A DNA stretch of 64,000 nt from an uncultured delta proteobacterium (GCA_963812015.1 CAWETI010000002.1:1504001-1568000), one strand, 5' to 3'. Positions 24,101 to 32,807 are shown, counted from the first letter of the stretch. Numbers and translations: made by a program. Notes: generated by a model not told the origin, from the sequence alone.

Positions 24101-25141
24101 TTGATTTATCAGTTTAATTCGGATAAATATAAAGAAGCGCGGCAGGGGCTGGCCGGGAACACCATGCGGTTTGGGGGGGGGATGGAGGACGGCGGCTCAC
24201 TTGACGATTGGGAAGGGCGCTTAATAGAGCGCTACCCCATGCTTCGGTATTTTACGCCGCGCTCCTTTGGGGTGGAAATCGAGTTCTTTGGGCTGAAATA
24301 CAGCGTTTCCGCCGGTGACCGGGAGGTCATTCCCCCCTACAAGATCAAGAACCGTTCCGCCGAGGGGATCTTATTGCCTCAGGTATTTCAGCGGCGGGGC
24401 ATTGTATTGAACGAATCTTCTCCCAACGAGTCCCCCTACGAAGCCTGGTCCTTTGTGCTGGACGACTCCATCAAGGGGGCCGGGGGCGGTGAACTGGTCA
24501 GTCCCATTCTCTCGGGGGTGAAGGGGCTGGTCCAAATCTATCGGATTTTCAGGCTTCTCGAAGAGTTTCCTGAAATCCAGGCGAATGAAACCTGCGGTTT
24601 CCACGTCCATCACGGCGTAGACCCGGAGAAGTTCGGCAATCGCGAACTTTTCCAGTTGCTGCGGATTGTGGCCATATTTGAAAATTACATCTATCAGTTG
24701 CTGCCGGAAGTCCGGCGCCAGGCCGAGACCTGCCGGCCCCTGGAAATTGATCTTTACGAGTGGTTTCGTCGCAATGGCTCAAAGCGACAGGTACCCCTGG
24801 TGAAGAATCTTTGGTATTCCCCCGAGAATCGGGATGACGCCAAAATGTCGCAGCAGCGCCGGCTCCATCCCACCCGCTACCATGGCCTCAACCTACATTC
24901 CTATTGGTATCGGGGCACCGTGGAATTTCGCTACTATCCTTCCGTCCTCAACCAGCCGCAAGAGTTGATGCAGTGGATTATTTTTACCCAGTTTCTGGTG
25001 GAGTGGGGCGCAGGCCGGCGGCCGCAACTGGATTACGTCGCCAAACCCAATAAGTGGCTCAATACCTTATATAAGATTTATCTGGGGGCCGGGATGATGG
25101 ACCACATCCGGTTTCCAAAGACCGGGAGGCAAGAAGATTAA
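24101..25141 (+). CDS. Putative amidoligase (Amidoligase_2 / COOH-NH2 ligase fold); start uncertain (TTG 24101 or ATG 24164)
   Basis: FGVEIEF, W..VLDDSI, ELVSPIL, CGFHVH, RYHGLNL, GTVEFR motif series. Confidence 0.85.
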   Translation: MIYQFNSDKYKEARQGLAGNTMRFGGGMEDGGSLDDWEGRLIERYPMLRYFTPRSFGVEIEFFGLKYSVSAGDREVIPPYKIKNRSAEGILLPQVFQRRGIVLNESSPNESPYEAWSFVLDDSIKGAGGGELVSPILSGVKGLVQIYRIFRLLEEFPEIQANETCGFHVHHGVDPEKFGNRELFQLLRIVAIFENYIYQLLPEVRRQAETCRPLEIDLYEWFRRNGSKRQVPLVKNLWYSPENRDDAKMSQQRRLHPTRYHGLNLHSYWYRGTVEFRYYPSVLNQPQELMQWIIFTQFLVEWGAGRRPQLDYVAKPNKWLNTLYKIYLGAGMMDHIRFPKTGRQED

Positions 25142-25144
25142 CCT

Positions 25145-25501
25145 ATGACCACCTCTGGACTGCAAACCCATGATTTTTTGATGCGATTAGAGAAGGCGGG
25201 GAATAGTCTGCCGCCGTTGTTGCTGGAATTGGCGGGAGTGATGCGGCGGATGATCGAGACCATCGAGCGGCCCCAACTGGAGGACATCACGGGCTTACAG
25301 GCGGATTTGCGCCAGTTGATCGGCGACCCGCAGCATCTTCGGGATATCTGCGGCACTGAAGGCCGGCTCTGCTCCCAATGCCCGTTCGGGGCGTACCTGC
25401 CTTCCGGCTTTCCCCATGCTTCCGAGCAGCAGGCCCTGTGCCTTCCCTGGATCGTGATCGTTCATCCCCAGCCCACCACCGCCCCTGCTGCAAGTCAATG
25501 A
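25145..25501 (+). CDS. Hypothetical protein with C-x6-C-x2-C motif
   Basis: Starts 3 nt after the amidoligase stop; helical N-half, ICGTEGRLCSQCPF and a fourth Cys. Confidence 0.7.
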   Translation: MTTSGLQTHDFLMRLEKAGNSLPPLLLELAGVMRRMIETIERPQLEDITGLQADLRQLIGDPQHLRDICGTEGRLCSQCPFGAYLPSGFPHASEQQALCLPWIVIVHPQPTTAPAASQ

Positions 25502-25560
25502 AGTAATCCCCGGCCGGAAAAGTTCAAAGTTCAAAGTTCAGCGTTAATGAAGGGTTGATT

Positions 25561-25935
25561 TTAAACCGGCAAGACTGCTTGGACTCCCAGGAAGGCAGAA
25601 AGATTCTGAATGGTTGGCGAGTCCGGGTCCTGGGGGAGATCCCACAGCACGATGAGCATGGCCCCCATGACGCCCTGCCCCCAGGAGCAGCTGCATTTAA
25701 TAGTGGGTTCCAGGCGAGGCGCTCCCAGGATTTCCGTGAGGCGGGCGATGAATTCCCGTCCCTGGGTGGAGGCCGGCACGTTCAAGGAGACCTGGTCGCG
25801 GTAGAGGGTGAGAGAGAATTCCACCTCGTCATCCACCTCGGGATGATCAATCCGACGGGCGCGTCCTTCCACCATGGCCACCTTGCGGCGCTGTTCCTGG
25901 GTATCGATGGCTATATGCCAATCCTGAGGCACCAT
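25561..25935 (-). CDS. Hypothetical protein, paralog of 27102-27500
   Basis: GAGGTG RBS; aligns by eye with the upstream paralog (EG, DE.F, RD..SL.V, LG.P, GA.L.V.W..P.D). Confidence 0.85.
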   Translation of the reverse strand: MVPQDWHIAIDTQEQRRKVAMVEGRARRIDHPEVDDEVEFSLTLYRDQVSLNVPASTQGREFIARLTEILGAPRLEPTIKCSCSWGQGVMGAMLIVLWDLPQDPDSPTIQNLSAFLGVQAVLPV

Positions 25936-25936
25936 A

Positions 25937-26116
25937 TCACCTCGGTTCGATGGGACATTGACCGGAACCCCACGGGTTGCGCCGGTATACAGGCCGGAGA
26001 TGGTTGCCCCCTAAGGTGTGCAAGGCAACCGCACTCACGTAAATGACGAGAAACGCCAGGGAGAACCACAGGCCGAGGTGGCGGCGCCCCTGGGGAATGC
26101 CGGTGATTCAGGTCAC
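25937..26116 (-). CDS. Possible small single-TM protein with in-frame TGA at codon 3
   Basis: 60-codon frame exactly fills the gap: GTGA overlap with the upstream stop, ends 1 nt before the next ATG; hydrophobic LGLWFSLAFLVIYVSAVAL. Confidence 0.4.
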
Positions 26117-27105
26117 ATCAGCTCTTTTAACTTGGCGGCAAAGCCCGGGAGTTGGATGGCTTCGTCCACCCTTCCTAACCCCAGGAGGGCAAAGCCTTTG
26201 CCCAGCACCGCTTCTTCCAGGTCCGGGGCCACCTTTAGAATTTTGTTAAAAACCTCCAGGGCCTCATCGTAGTGCTGGAGCTCCGTCAGGGTAGTGCCTT
26301 TATAGACCAGGGCCTCCATGTTGGCAGGGTCCAGCATCAAGGTCATATTGTAGCATTCCAGGGCTTTTTCAGGGCGGCCGGCTTCAGTAAGCATCCGGGC
26401 GGCGTCCAGGTACGGCTGGCGGGGGTCTTCTTCCTGCTCCTTCCGGGTTTCGATATAGGCGTTGAGCACGTGGTCGCTACCGTCGGAGAAGGCCGGCATA
26501 CCGTGGCCCGGGAGGAGAAAATCCACCGGGTAGGGCACCAGGCGGGCCAGGGAGGCAATTTGTTGATCCAGACTGCCCAACTGCTTATCCGCGCCCGCCA
26601 GGACGTTTTCGGTGGGGCTGCTGGGAAACACGGTATCACCGGAAAAGAGGATGCGGTTGTGGTGCTCGTAGAGGCAGATATCACCCTTGGTGTGGCCGGG
26701 AGTAGGGATGACCTCCAGGAGGTAGGGCCCCACCGGGATGCGCTCGCCGCCTCGCAACATCACCACCTGGTCGATGCGGCCGGATTTTTCCATGATCTGC
26801 ATGAAGGGGACGTTGCGAAAATTGATATACGGCAGGGTGTCCATGTGGCCGTAGACCTTGGGTTTGGCCCAGTCGAAGAGCTCGCCCATCCCCCCCACGT
26901 GATCGAAGTGGCAGTGGGTGATGAACAGATGTTCCAGGCGGGAGATATCGAACTCCTGGCTTAACTCATGGAGCATGCCGTAAAAGTTGCCGGCGTCGAT
27001 GAGGGCTCGGCCTTCATCCAGGACATAGACATTGCAGCTCATGCCGGCTTCTTCCACCCACCAGATACCTTCAAGCCTTGGGTCGTATTCACCCAGATGG
27101 ATCAT
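26113..27105 (-). CDS. MBL-fold metallo-hydrolase with C-terminal TPR repeats
   Basis: THCHFDHVGG, TPGHT, FSGDT, LPGHG; TPR-like KALECYNMTLMLDP and EALEVFNKILKVAP; start reassigned to ATG 27105 (AGGAGG RBS, ATGA overlap). Confidence 0.92.
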   Translation of the reverse strand: MIHLGEYDPRLEGIWWVEEAGMSCNVYVLDEGRALIDAGNFYGMLHELSQEFDISRLEHLFITHCHFDHVGGMGELFDWAKPKVYGHMDTLPYINFRNVPFMQIMEKSGRIDQVVMLRGGERIPVGPYLLEVIPTPGHTKGDICLYEHHNRILFSGDTVFPSSPTENVLAGADKQLGSLDQQIASLARLVPYPVDFLLPGHGMPAFSDGSDHVLNAYIETRKEQEEDPRQPYLDAARMLTEAGRPEKALECYNMTLMLDPANMEALVYKGTTLTELQHYDEALEVFNKILKVAPDLEEAVLGKGFALLGLGRVDEAIQLPGFAAKLKELM

Positions 27106-27500
27106 TGCGCCTCCTGACCAGGTTGTTTGTCCGGGGCCGCACCGGTAAGGGATTGGCCCATAATTTCCTCCAAGCGCCGGAGCATGGCCTGGCGCTCGTC
27201 GGCCGGGAACCGCCATTCCACCAGCAATAAGGCGCCTTCCTCCTCATCCTGACGGCCGCCCACCTGGGTCCGGGGGGGCTCCACCGGCTGGCCCAGGAGG
27301 GTGAACAGGTGGTCCAGCAGGCGCTCGCCGTCGAAATCCCGACTCACTTCCAGGGAGAGATGATCCCGGCCCATCACGGCATAAAAGAAAAGTTCATCGT
27401 GATAAGGCCGCTCATAGGGCGGGGAGACGTGCCCTTCCAGAATAAGTCGGCGAGGGCGGGCATCCCGTTGCAGGATACGAAATTTCCAGTCTCCAGCCAC
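27102..27500 (-). CDS. Hypothetical protein, paralog of 25561-25935
   Basis: GTG at 27500 with AAGGA RBS, downstream of the promoter; stop overlaps the MBL start. Confidence 0.85.
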   Translation of the reverse strand: MAGDWKFRILQRDARPRRLILEGHVSPPYERPYHDELFFYAVMGRDHLSLEVSRDFDGERLLDHLFTLLGQPVEPPRTQVGGRQDEEEGALLLVEWRFPADERQAMLRRLEEIMGQSLTGAAPDKQPGQEAQ

Positions 27501-27528
27501 AGTTGCGGTCCTTGACAAGGTTGTGGGG

Positions 27529-27557
27529 ATTTTACCTGGTTTAGGGTGGGATGTCAA
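27529..27557 (-). promoter_or_regulatory. Near-consensus sigma70 promoter of paralog/MBL-TPR operon
   Basis: Minus strand TTGACA-N17-TAAAAT. Confidence 0.8.
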
Positions 27558-27648
27558 ACCGGGCGGGGTCGAGGTGGGCTGGTCCCTAAGGCTCCGTAGT
27601 CGTTACCATCAAATCGAAATCAGATTAAATCTGACAGGGAGTTGGGAG

Positions 27649-27693
27649 CAGGGCCGCTTTTCCCCGGCATAGTTCCCGGGAAAAGCGGCCCTG
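27649..27693. terminator. Strong hairpin downstream of the 833-aa gene
   Basis: CAGGGCCGCTTTTCCC / GGGAAAAGCGGCCCTG perfect 16-bp stem; no clear U-tract. Confidence 0.6.
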
Positions 27694-27748
27694 GTGGGGA
27701 GTGCGAGTTATTGCTGAATTTTTGCTGGAAGCAGGTTTCTCTGATTAT

Positions 27749-30250
27749 TTAACGTCGCCGTCCCCCTCCACCCCGTTGGCCGCCGCCGCCGCCTCCTCTC
27801 GGAGCGCCGCCACCACCCCCGCCGCCGCTAATCCTGGCCCCTCCCCCGCCGGATGGCTGGCTGGGGCGTGCCACAGGGGCTGACTGGGCCCGCTGGAAAT
27901 TCTGGCTACGGGTCTGGCCGCGTTCTCGGGCCTGGAATTCCCGGTTCATGCGGGTGGAATCGAAGCCGGGCTGCCTAGCCTGGGAGGGTCGGGTGGCCGT
28001 ACGGACCGGGGCCTGAGGTTTGCTCCACTGGTTGCCCTGCCGGGTTTGCCAGTTGCCTTGGGAGTCCCGGCGGTGCACATTACCTTGTTTATCAGCGAAA
28101 ACGTTATTCCTGCCGGGCGCGGGGAGCACCTTGGGTTGGGCCGGTCGAGGCACGCCTGCAGGTCTGGTAGCCTGAGCTGGGCGGGGTCTGGACACCCCCA
28201 GTTTGACGGCCTGCGCCGGAAGAGTAGTAGATTTGCCAGGCCGGGAGGCCAGGAGATTCTGATTCCCGGGGCGGGTATAGAGGTTAGGGCGGCGGCTGGG
28301 CAGCGTGGTAGGACTCCCAGGTCCTACTCCTGATCTGCCAGGCCGTGCCGGACCCTCTCCGGGTTTCCACCCCGGCCGTTCGCCAGGTCCCCATCCCGGC
28401 CTTTGCCCAGGCTGGTAACTAGGCCAACGGTTGCCAGGATTCCAAGGCCGGTTATAGATATTATTATGAACGATATTGATATTATTAGCATAATACCCTC
28501 CGGAGCCCCACCAGCCGCCTCCATACCAGCCACCGTGCCACCACCCGCTGGTAGCGACTCCCGTGACATATCCCAGTCCGAAGCCCACGAGACCAGGACC
28601 GAGCCAGTCCCAGGGAGTGTAATAAGAGGGCTGGTAGTCCCAGCTGGCGTCATAAGGATCGTAGGTGGCGGCGTAGCCGTAGGTCGACTGGTAGGGGATA
28701 TAGGCATCGGCCGCGGCATAAGAGGGGTAGTCGTAGCCCGTGCCGTAGACTACGGTGCCGTTGTCCACGTATGAGCCGGTATACCCAGGAGTGTAGCCCA
28801 CGGTCACCGTATCGTCTGTGGAGCCATAGACCTTGACATACTTGGCGTTATAGTGAGGGTTGCTGGCAGGGAGGTTGTTGACTTCTTGCGGAGGACTTGC
28901 ACATACCTGCCAGGGGCCGTTGGGGGAGTCGGCTTCATACCAGACCCCCTGGTCCACGGCGTAGTACTTGGCGCCCTCTTGAAAGACCGCAGTTCCCGTG
29001 TTTGTTGCGTATTCCAGGGTCGTGCCGGGGATTTTTTCAAACGTGGGGTTCCCGACATACTTGACTTCCATGGCGGCCTTTTTTTTATCGATTACCGCAG
29101 TCTGCGGAATAGAATTATCCAGTACCGCTTCTCTGGCCAGTTGGGTGCCGGCCACGCTCGCCAACACGAACCCCTTGGCTGAACCCGGGGGAATTTTGGC
29201 AAAGTCCGGCGGCAGCTTATCTGAAGCCAGATAACTCCAGGGCCCGTCCTTAAGGGACTTGGACCCAAACCATCGGCCGGAGAGGAGAGTGTAGTATTCC
29301 TGGGAACCCATATCCATGAAGATATTGTTCTCGGTGTTGCTTACGAAAAGCAGATTGGTGTCCGGGATGGGGGTGTATTGCGGCTCTCCTTCGGTAACCA
29401 GCAGTTCTGCCGGAACCGTGCTGACGACGATCTCCGGCATCTCACCGCCTTCTTTTTTCACTTCTTTCTTGGGCATCTCCCGGTCGTCTTTATTGGTGAC
29501 TACCTTTTTCCCCTCCAGCTGGGCGGTCAAAGTCTTCAGGGCCTGGGGGAGACTCTCCACATCTTTCCAGGGTCCCACGACGTTGGCGGCCGAGAGCCAG
29601 GTGTCACCGCCTTTCAGGTAATAGACCTTTGCAGCCGGGTCGTAAAATATGAAGAAGGGCGTGTTCACCATCTGCATGAGCTTGGAGTCGGGAATGGGGA
29701 GAAGCTTGGGGTCACCATCCACCATCACCAGGACCACGGGATGGGTTGTGAAGATGATCTTGGGGGGGGCGTTCTGTAAACCTTGGTCTGCGGCCCTCTC
29801 TTTCTCCACCACCGCCAGGGCGGCCAACAGCCGGTCGAGGGAAATGGTGACTTTCCAATCCTTCATCTCTTCGTTCAAGAACTTCTTCCCCTCCTCCAAT
29901 TTCTCCGGCTTGGCGTTCGGAAACCTGAGGTCCGTCACCTTAATGTCATCAATGGTGGACATACGGGTATCCCGCTCGGTCATGACCCGGCCTTCGAGCC
30001 AGACCGCGCCGAAGACCGGCTGCTTCCAGCCCTTCTTTTGAAAGGATATGGCGGCATAGGTCGTCAGTTTATCGCCTTTGAAATCCTCCAGTTGGGGTTG
30101 GTACATGACCAGGGTGCCCTTGGGGTGTTCGAAACGCCTGGGCCATTTGTCCTGTTCCGACCAGCTTTTCCCTGGGAAAACCAGGATCACGCCAAGCGCC
30201 ATCACCACCAAAACCCATACGCAAGCTGAAACCTCCCGCTTCTTCATCAT
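27749..30250 (-). CDS. Large secreted protein with three internal YY..W..GPW repeats and a disordered Gly/Arg/Pro tail
   Basis: Signal peptide, AAGGAG RBS, repeat units visible in the translation; function unknown. Confidence 0.9.
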   Translation of the reverse strand: MMKKREVSACVWVLVVMALGVILVFPGKSWSEQDKWPRRFEHPKGTLVMYQPQLEDFKGDKLTTYAAISFQKKGWKQPVFGAVWLEGRVMTERDTRMSTIDDIKVTDLRFPNAKPEKLEEGKKFLNEEMKDWKVTISLDRLLAALAVVEKERAADQGLQNAPPKIIFTTHPVVLVMVDGDPKLLPIPDSKLMQMVNTPFFIFYDPAAKVYYLKGGDTWLSAANVVGPWKDVESLPQALKTLTAQLEGKKVVTNKDDREMPKKEVKKEGGEMPEIVVSTVPAELLVTEGEPQYTPIPDTNLLFVSNTENNIFMDMGSQEYYTLLSGRWFGSKSLKDGPWSYLASDKLPPDFAKIPPGSAKGFVLASVAGTQLAREAVLDNSIPQTAVIDKKKAAMEVKYVGNPTFEKIPGTTLEYATNTGTAVFQEGAKYYAVDQGVWYEADSPNGPWQVCASPPQEVNNLPASNPHYNAKYVKVYGSTDDTVTVGYTPGYTGSYVDNGTVVYGTGYDYPSYAAADAYIPYQSTYGYAATYDPYDASWDYQPSYYTPWDWLGPGLVGFGLGYVTGVATSGWWHGGWYGGGWWGSGGYYANNINIVHNNIYNRPWNPGNRWPSYQPGQRPGWGPGERPGWKPGEGPARPGRSGVGPGSPTTLPSRRPNLYTRPGNQNLLASRPGKSTTLPAQAVKLGVSRPRPAQATRPAGVPRPAQPKVLPAPGRNNVFADKQGNVHRRDSQGNWQTRQGNQWSKPQAPVRTATRPSQARQPGFDSTRMNREFQARERGQTRSQNFQRAQSAPVARPSQPSGGGGARISGGGGGGGAPRGGGGGGQRGGGGRRR

Positions 30251-30565
30251 GCTCTCCTTGTTGCCCTGAAAACTCCAGGAAAGTCCACTGATTCGTCGGT
30301 TACCTTTGAATCTACCAGATTTTTTTTAGTTTACAAAAGATTCCTGATTACCCTTTCTTGATATTATCCCTCACGGGCTCAAGACCCGCCTAAAACAAGA
30401 GCAACGAAAGGCGCCAGGAGTTGACAACTTGCCATATCCGTAAAGTATAAAGAGAATAACCTAGGTGCGGGTATGAGCCGCATAACGAAAGGGGGGTTTT
30501 AGGAGGGACTTCTGGAACTGGGGGATAGGAGGTCTCCGAAAACTCTGGCAGGAGTCTCGAACTCA

Positions 30566-30682
30566 TTGCAGAACCTCTTTTGGCGCCAGTTGGTCATTCT
30601 GAGCAAAGCGAGGAATCTAGTCTTTCCAATAACCTAGACTCTGCGCGGGCGTTCAGGGTGACACAAAAAACCGGTTTTGGAA
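30566..30682. repeat. REP/MITE-like palindromic element
   Basis: Core GTCATTCTGAGCAAAGCGAGGAATCTAG ... CTAGACTCTGCGCGGGCGTTCAGGGTGAC, flanked by TTGCAGAACC / GGTTTTGGAA. Confidence 0.7.
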
Positions 30683-30848
30683 TAGCTTCTTATCCGTCCC
30701 CGGCCCTCGCCCGATTCAGCTCCGGGACCTACCGGGGTTGTTTGGTCAGCCGCATCAACATTGATGACGGTCGTTGGGTGGTTGGCGGTTGATCCTGAGA
30801 GCAACCTGCTTGAACAAAAGCATCAGACTTTATCCGACAGCTACTGCT

Positions 30849-32309
30849 TCACCACAGTTTGATGCCGAAAAAATTCCGCATATTTTGGAGCAGCCAATGG
30901 GTGGTGGTTTCCTCTTCCCCATCGCCGGTCTGGGCGCTGGTGGCCGCTTCAATCTTCCGGAGTCGAATTTTCCGGGCGGCCATCACGGCGCTGATTTTTT
31001 CCAAAAGTTCCGGACTTTCCTGAAAAATAGGGATGAGAATTTCTTTGCTGATTTCATAACAGATCAGCTCGGTTTCCGCTTGGGCGGAGGCTGCCCGGGG
31101 CTCTCCGGTTAATAAGGCCATTTCCCCAAAGAACCCGCCGGGCTGAATATGCGCTACCCATATATTCGTTCCTGCCGCGTCCTTGACCAGGATATTGACC
31201 AGGCCCTCCTCGACGATAAAGAGCGAGGAGCCTGCCTCATCCTGAGTTACGATGAATTCCTGGGCGCTATACTTTTTTCTCTCCATGCCCTCGGCTATCC
31301 TGGTCAGGTAGTTCTCACCCATGATTTTAAAAAACTCGATACCTCTAATCAGCTCGAGTTTTACCAGCTCTTCCTCTCGCCTGCCGTTATTTTCCGGCAC
31401 CAGGCGCTGGTCTATCCGGTTGTAGGATAAGTCGATGCCGGCAACGTGCAGATGCTTTAAGACGTTTTCGTGCACGACTTTCGTGACCTGAACGTTTTCC
31501 GCATAATCGCTCACCCAAAACCAGAGACACCAGAGCACCCCGCGGGGGTCAAACTTCCGGAGGATTACTTGGGGCTCCGGTTCCTGCATAATTCCCGGCG
31601 TACTCAGAAGCGCGGCCATCAGGATGCGTTTGGCCCTTTCCGTGGCAATGGTGTCGCTCAAAGTGACCTGGACTTCCGCCCGGTAATGCCGCTCGGGGAT
31701 ACTGTAATTGATGAACTTGGTCCTGGCCATCTCGCTGTTGGGAATAACGATGATTTCGTCTGCCTTGGTATGCAGGCGAGTGGCTCGCCAGTTAATTTCC
31801 ACCACCCGGCCGATCATGGAACCGCCAGGGCGGGAGCGCATCTCAACTTCCATCCAATCGCCGATATTGTAGGCCCGCTCCACGCTCAGGGCCACGCCGG
31901 AGAACACATCGGATATCATGCGGGTGATGGCTAAGCCGATGACGGCAGCCAAAACACTGGAGCCGGCGATGAGGCCGGAAAGGGGGGCATGCAAGACAAA
32001 ACCGCAGACCGATAGGATAACAGTAAACCCGATTGTGGCGGTGACGATATCCTGGAGCAGCTTGGGAACAGGGTGGCCCAAGCGCTTTTCCAAATTCGAC
32101 CACAGGAGCGATTGGATAATTCCCGAAGCTAACCATCCGAAAGAGGTCCACACGAAGATTTCGATTAAGACGCCTATGAGATGAGGCAGTTTCCCCCAGC
32201 CGAAAACCGTAATTAATCCCTGCAGATACGCCTTAAAATTAAGCAGCAGCAGGGCGCAGAAAACCACCCCTATCTGAAAAACAAATTTTTTTGGATAATT
32301 GACTGCCAT
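30849..32309 (-). CDS. MscS-family channel with C-terminal cyclic-nucleotide-binding domain
   Basis: N-terminal TMs, GDWMEV, GRVVEINWRATRL, IPNS; cNMP motif GGFFGEMALLTGEPRAASA. Confidence 0.93.
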   Translation of the reverse strand: MAVNYPKKFVFQIGVVFCALLLLNFKAYLQGLITVFGWGKLPHLIGVLIEIFVWTSFGWLASGIIQSLLWSNLEKRLGHPVPKLLQDIVTATIGFTVILSVCGFVLHAPLSGLIAGSSVLAAVIGLAITRMISDVFSGVALSVERAYNIGDWMEVEMRSRPGGSMIGRVVEINWRATRLHTKADEIIVIPNSEMARTKFINYSIPERHYRAEVQVTLSDTIATERAKRILMAALLSTPGIMQEPEPQVILRKFDPRGVLWCLWFWVSDYAENVQVTKVVHENVLKHLHVAGIDLSYNRIDQRLVPENNGRREEELVKLELIRGIEFFKIMGENYLTRIAEGMERKKYSAQEFIVTQDEAGSSLFIVEEGLVNILVKDAAGTNIWVAHIQPGGFFGEMALLTGEPRAASAQAETELICYEISKEILIPIFQESPELLEKISAVMAARKIRLRKIEAATSAQTGDGEEETTTHWLLQNMRNFFGIKLW

Positions 32310-32778
32310 GGCCTATTTCCCCTAATTTTTTCGGCGATTCCACCAAGACAGATAGATTGCTCCCTTAAGCGTCATCGTAAGAGTTTATCTGACTCAGGTT
32401 TTCTTTAACCGGAAGTAATGATCAGCGCTTATGCCAATCAAGAGGTCCCAAGTTTAGCGGATAAAGCAATTTTAATAAATATATAATGTATAGAACCGCA
32501 TTTTATCCCTCATGGACGCCCACGGAAACCACAAACCGCGCCGATCGCCGCCGGTCCGCCCCGGCTTCGATCAAGCTCAAGATGGGCAGGTTTCCGGCAA
32601 GATATAGTTATTGCAAAAAAAATAATTTCGTTCGGTAACGGCGGGGCCAGTCGGGTCCTGTCCTTTCAGGGCCCAGGGCGCAGTGCCCGGACAAACCAAA
32701 GCATAATGAATCGGAAAAACTGTTGGCAATCGCGAGAACCGCACCTGTGCGTAGTTTCACAAAACCCAGCTCGTAGGC

Positions 32779-32807
32779 TTGACAGTGGCAGGAATTCCAA
32801 ATAAAAT
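32779..32807 (+). promoter_or_regulatory. sigma70 promoter
   Basis: TTGACA-N17-TAAAAT upstream of the aminotransferase. Confidence 0.8.

Noticed and set aside
30580..30792. 70-aa plus-strand ORF
   Set aside because: It is the translation of the REP-like palindrome (GHSEQSEES pattern), not a credible gene.
32420..32436. sigma54 promoter for the MscS-cNMP gene (TTGGCATAAGCGCTGAT, minus strand)
   Set aside because: The -24 GG is present but the -12 element reads CTGA rather than TTGC.
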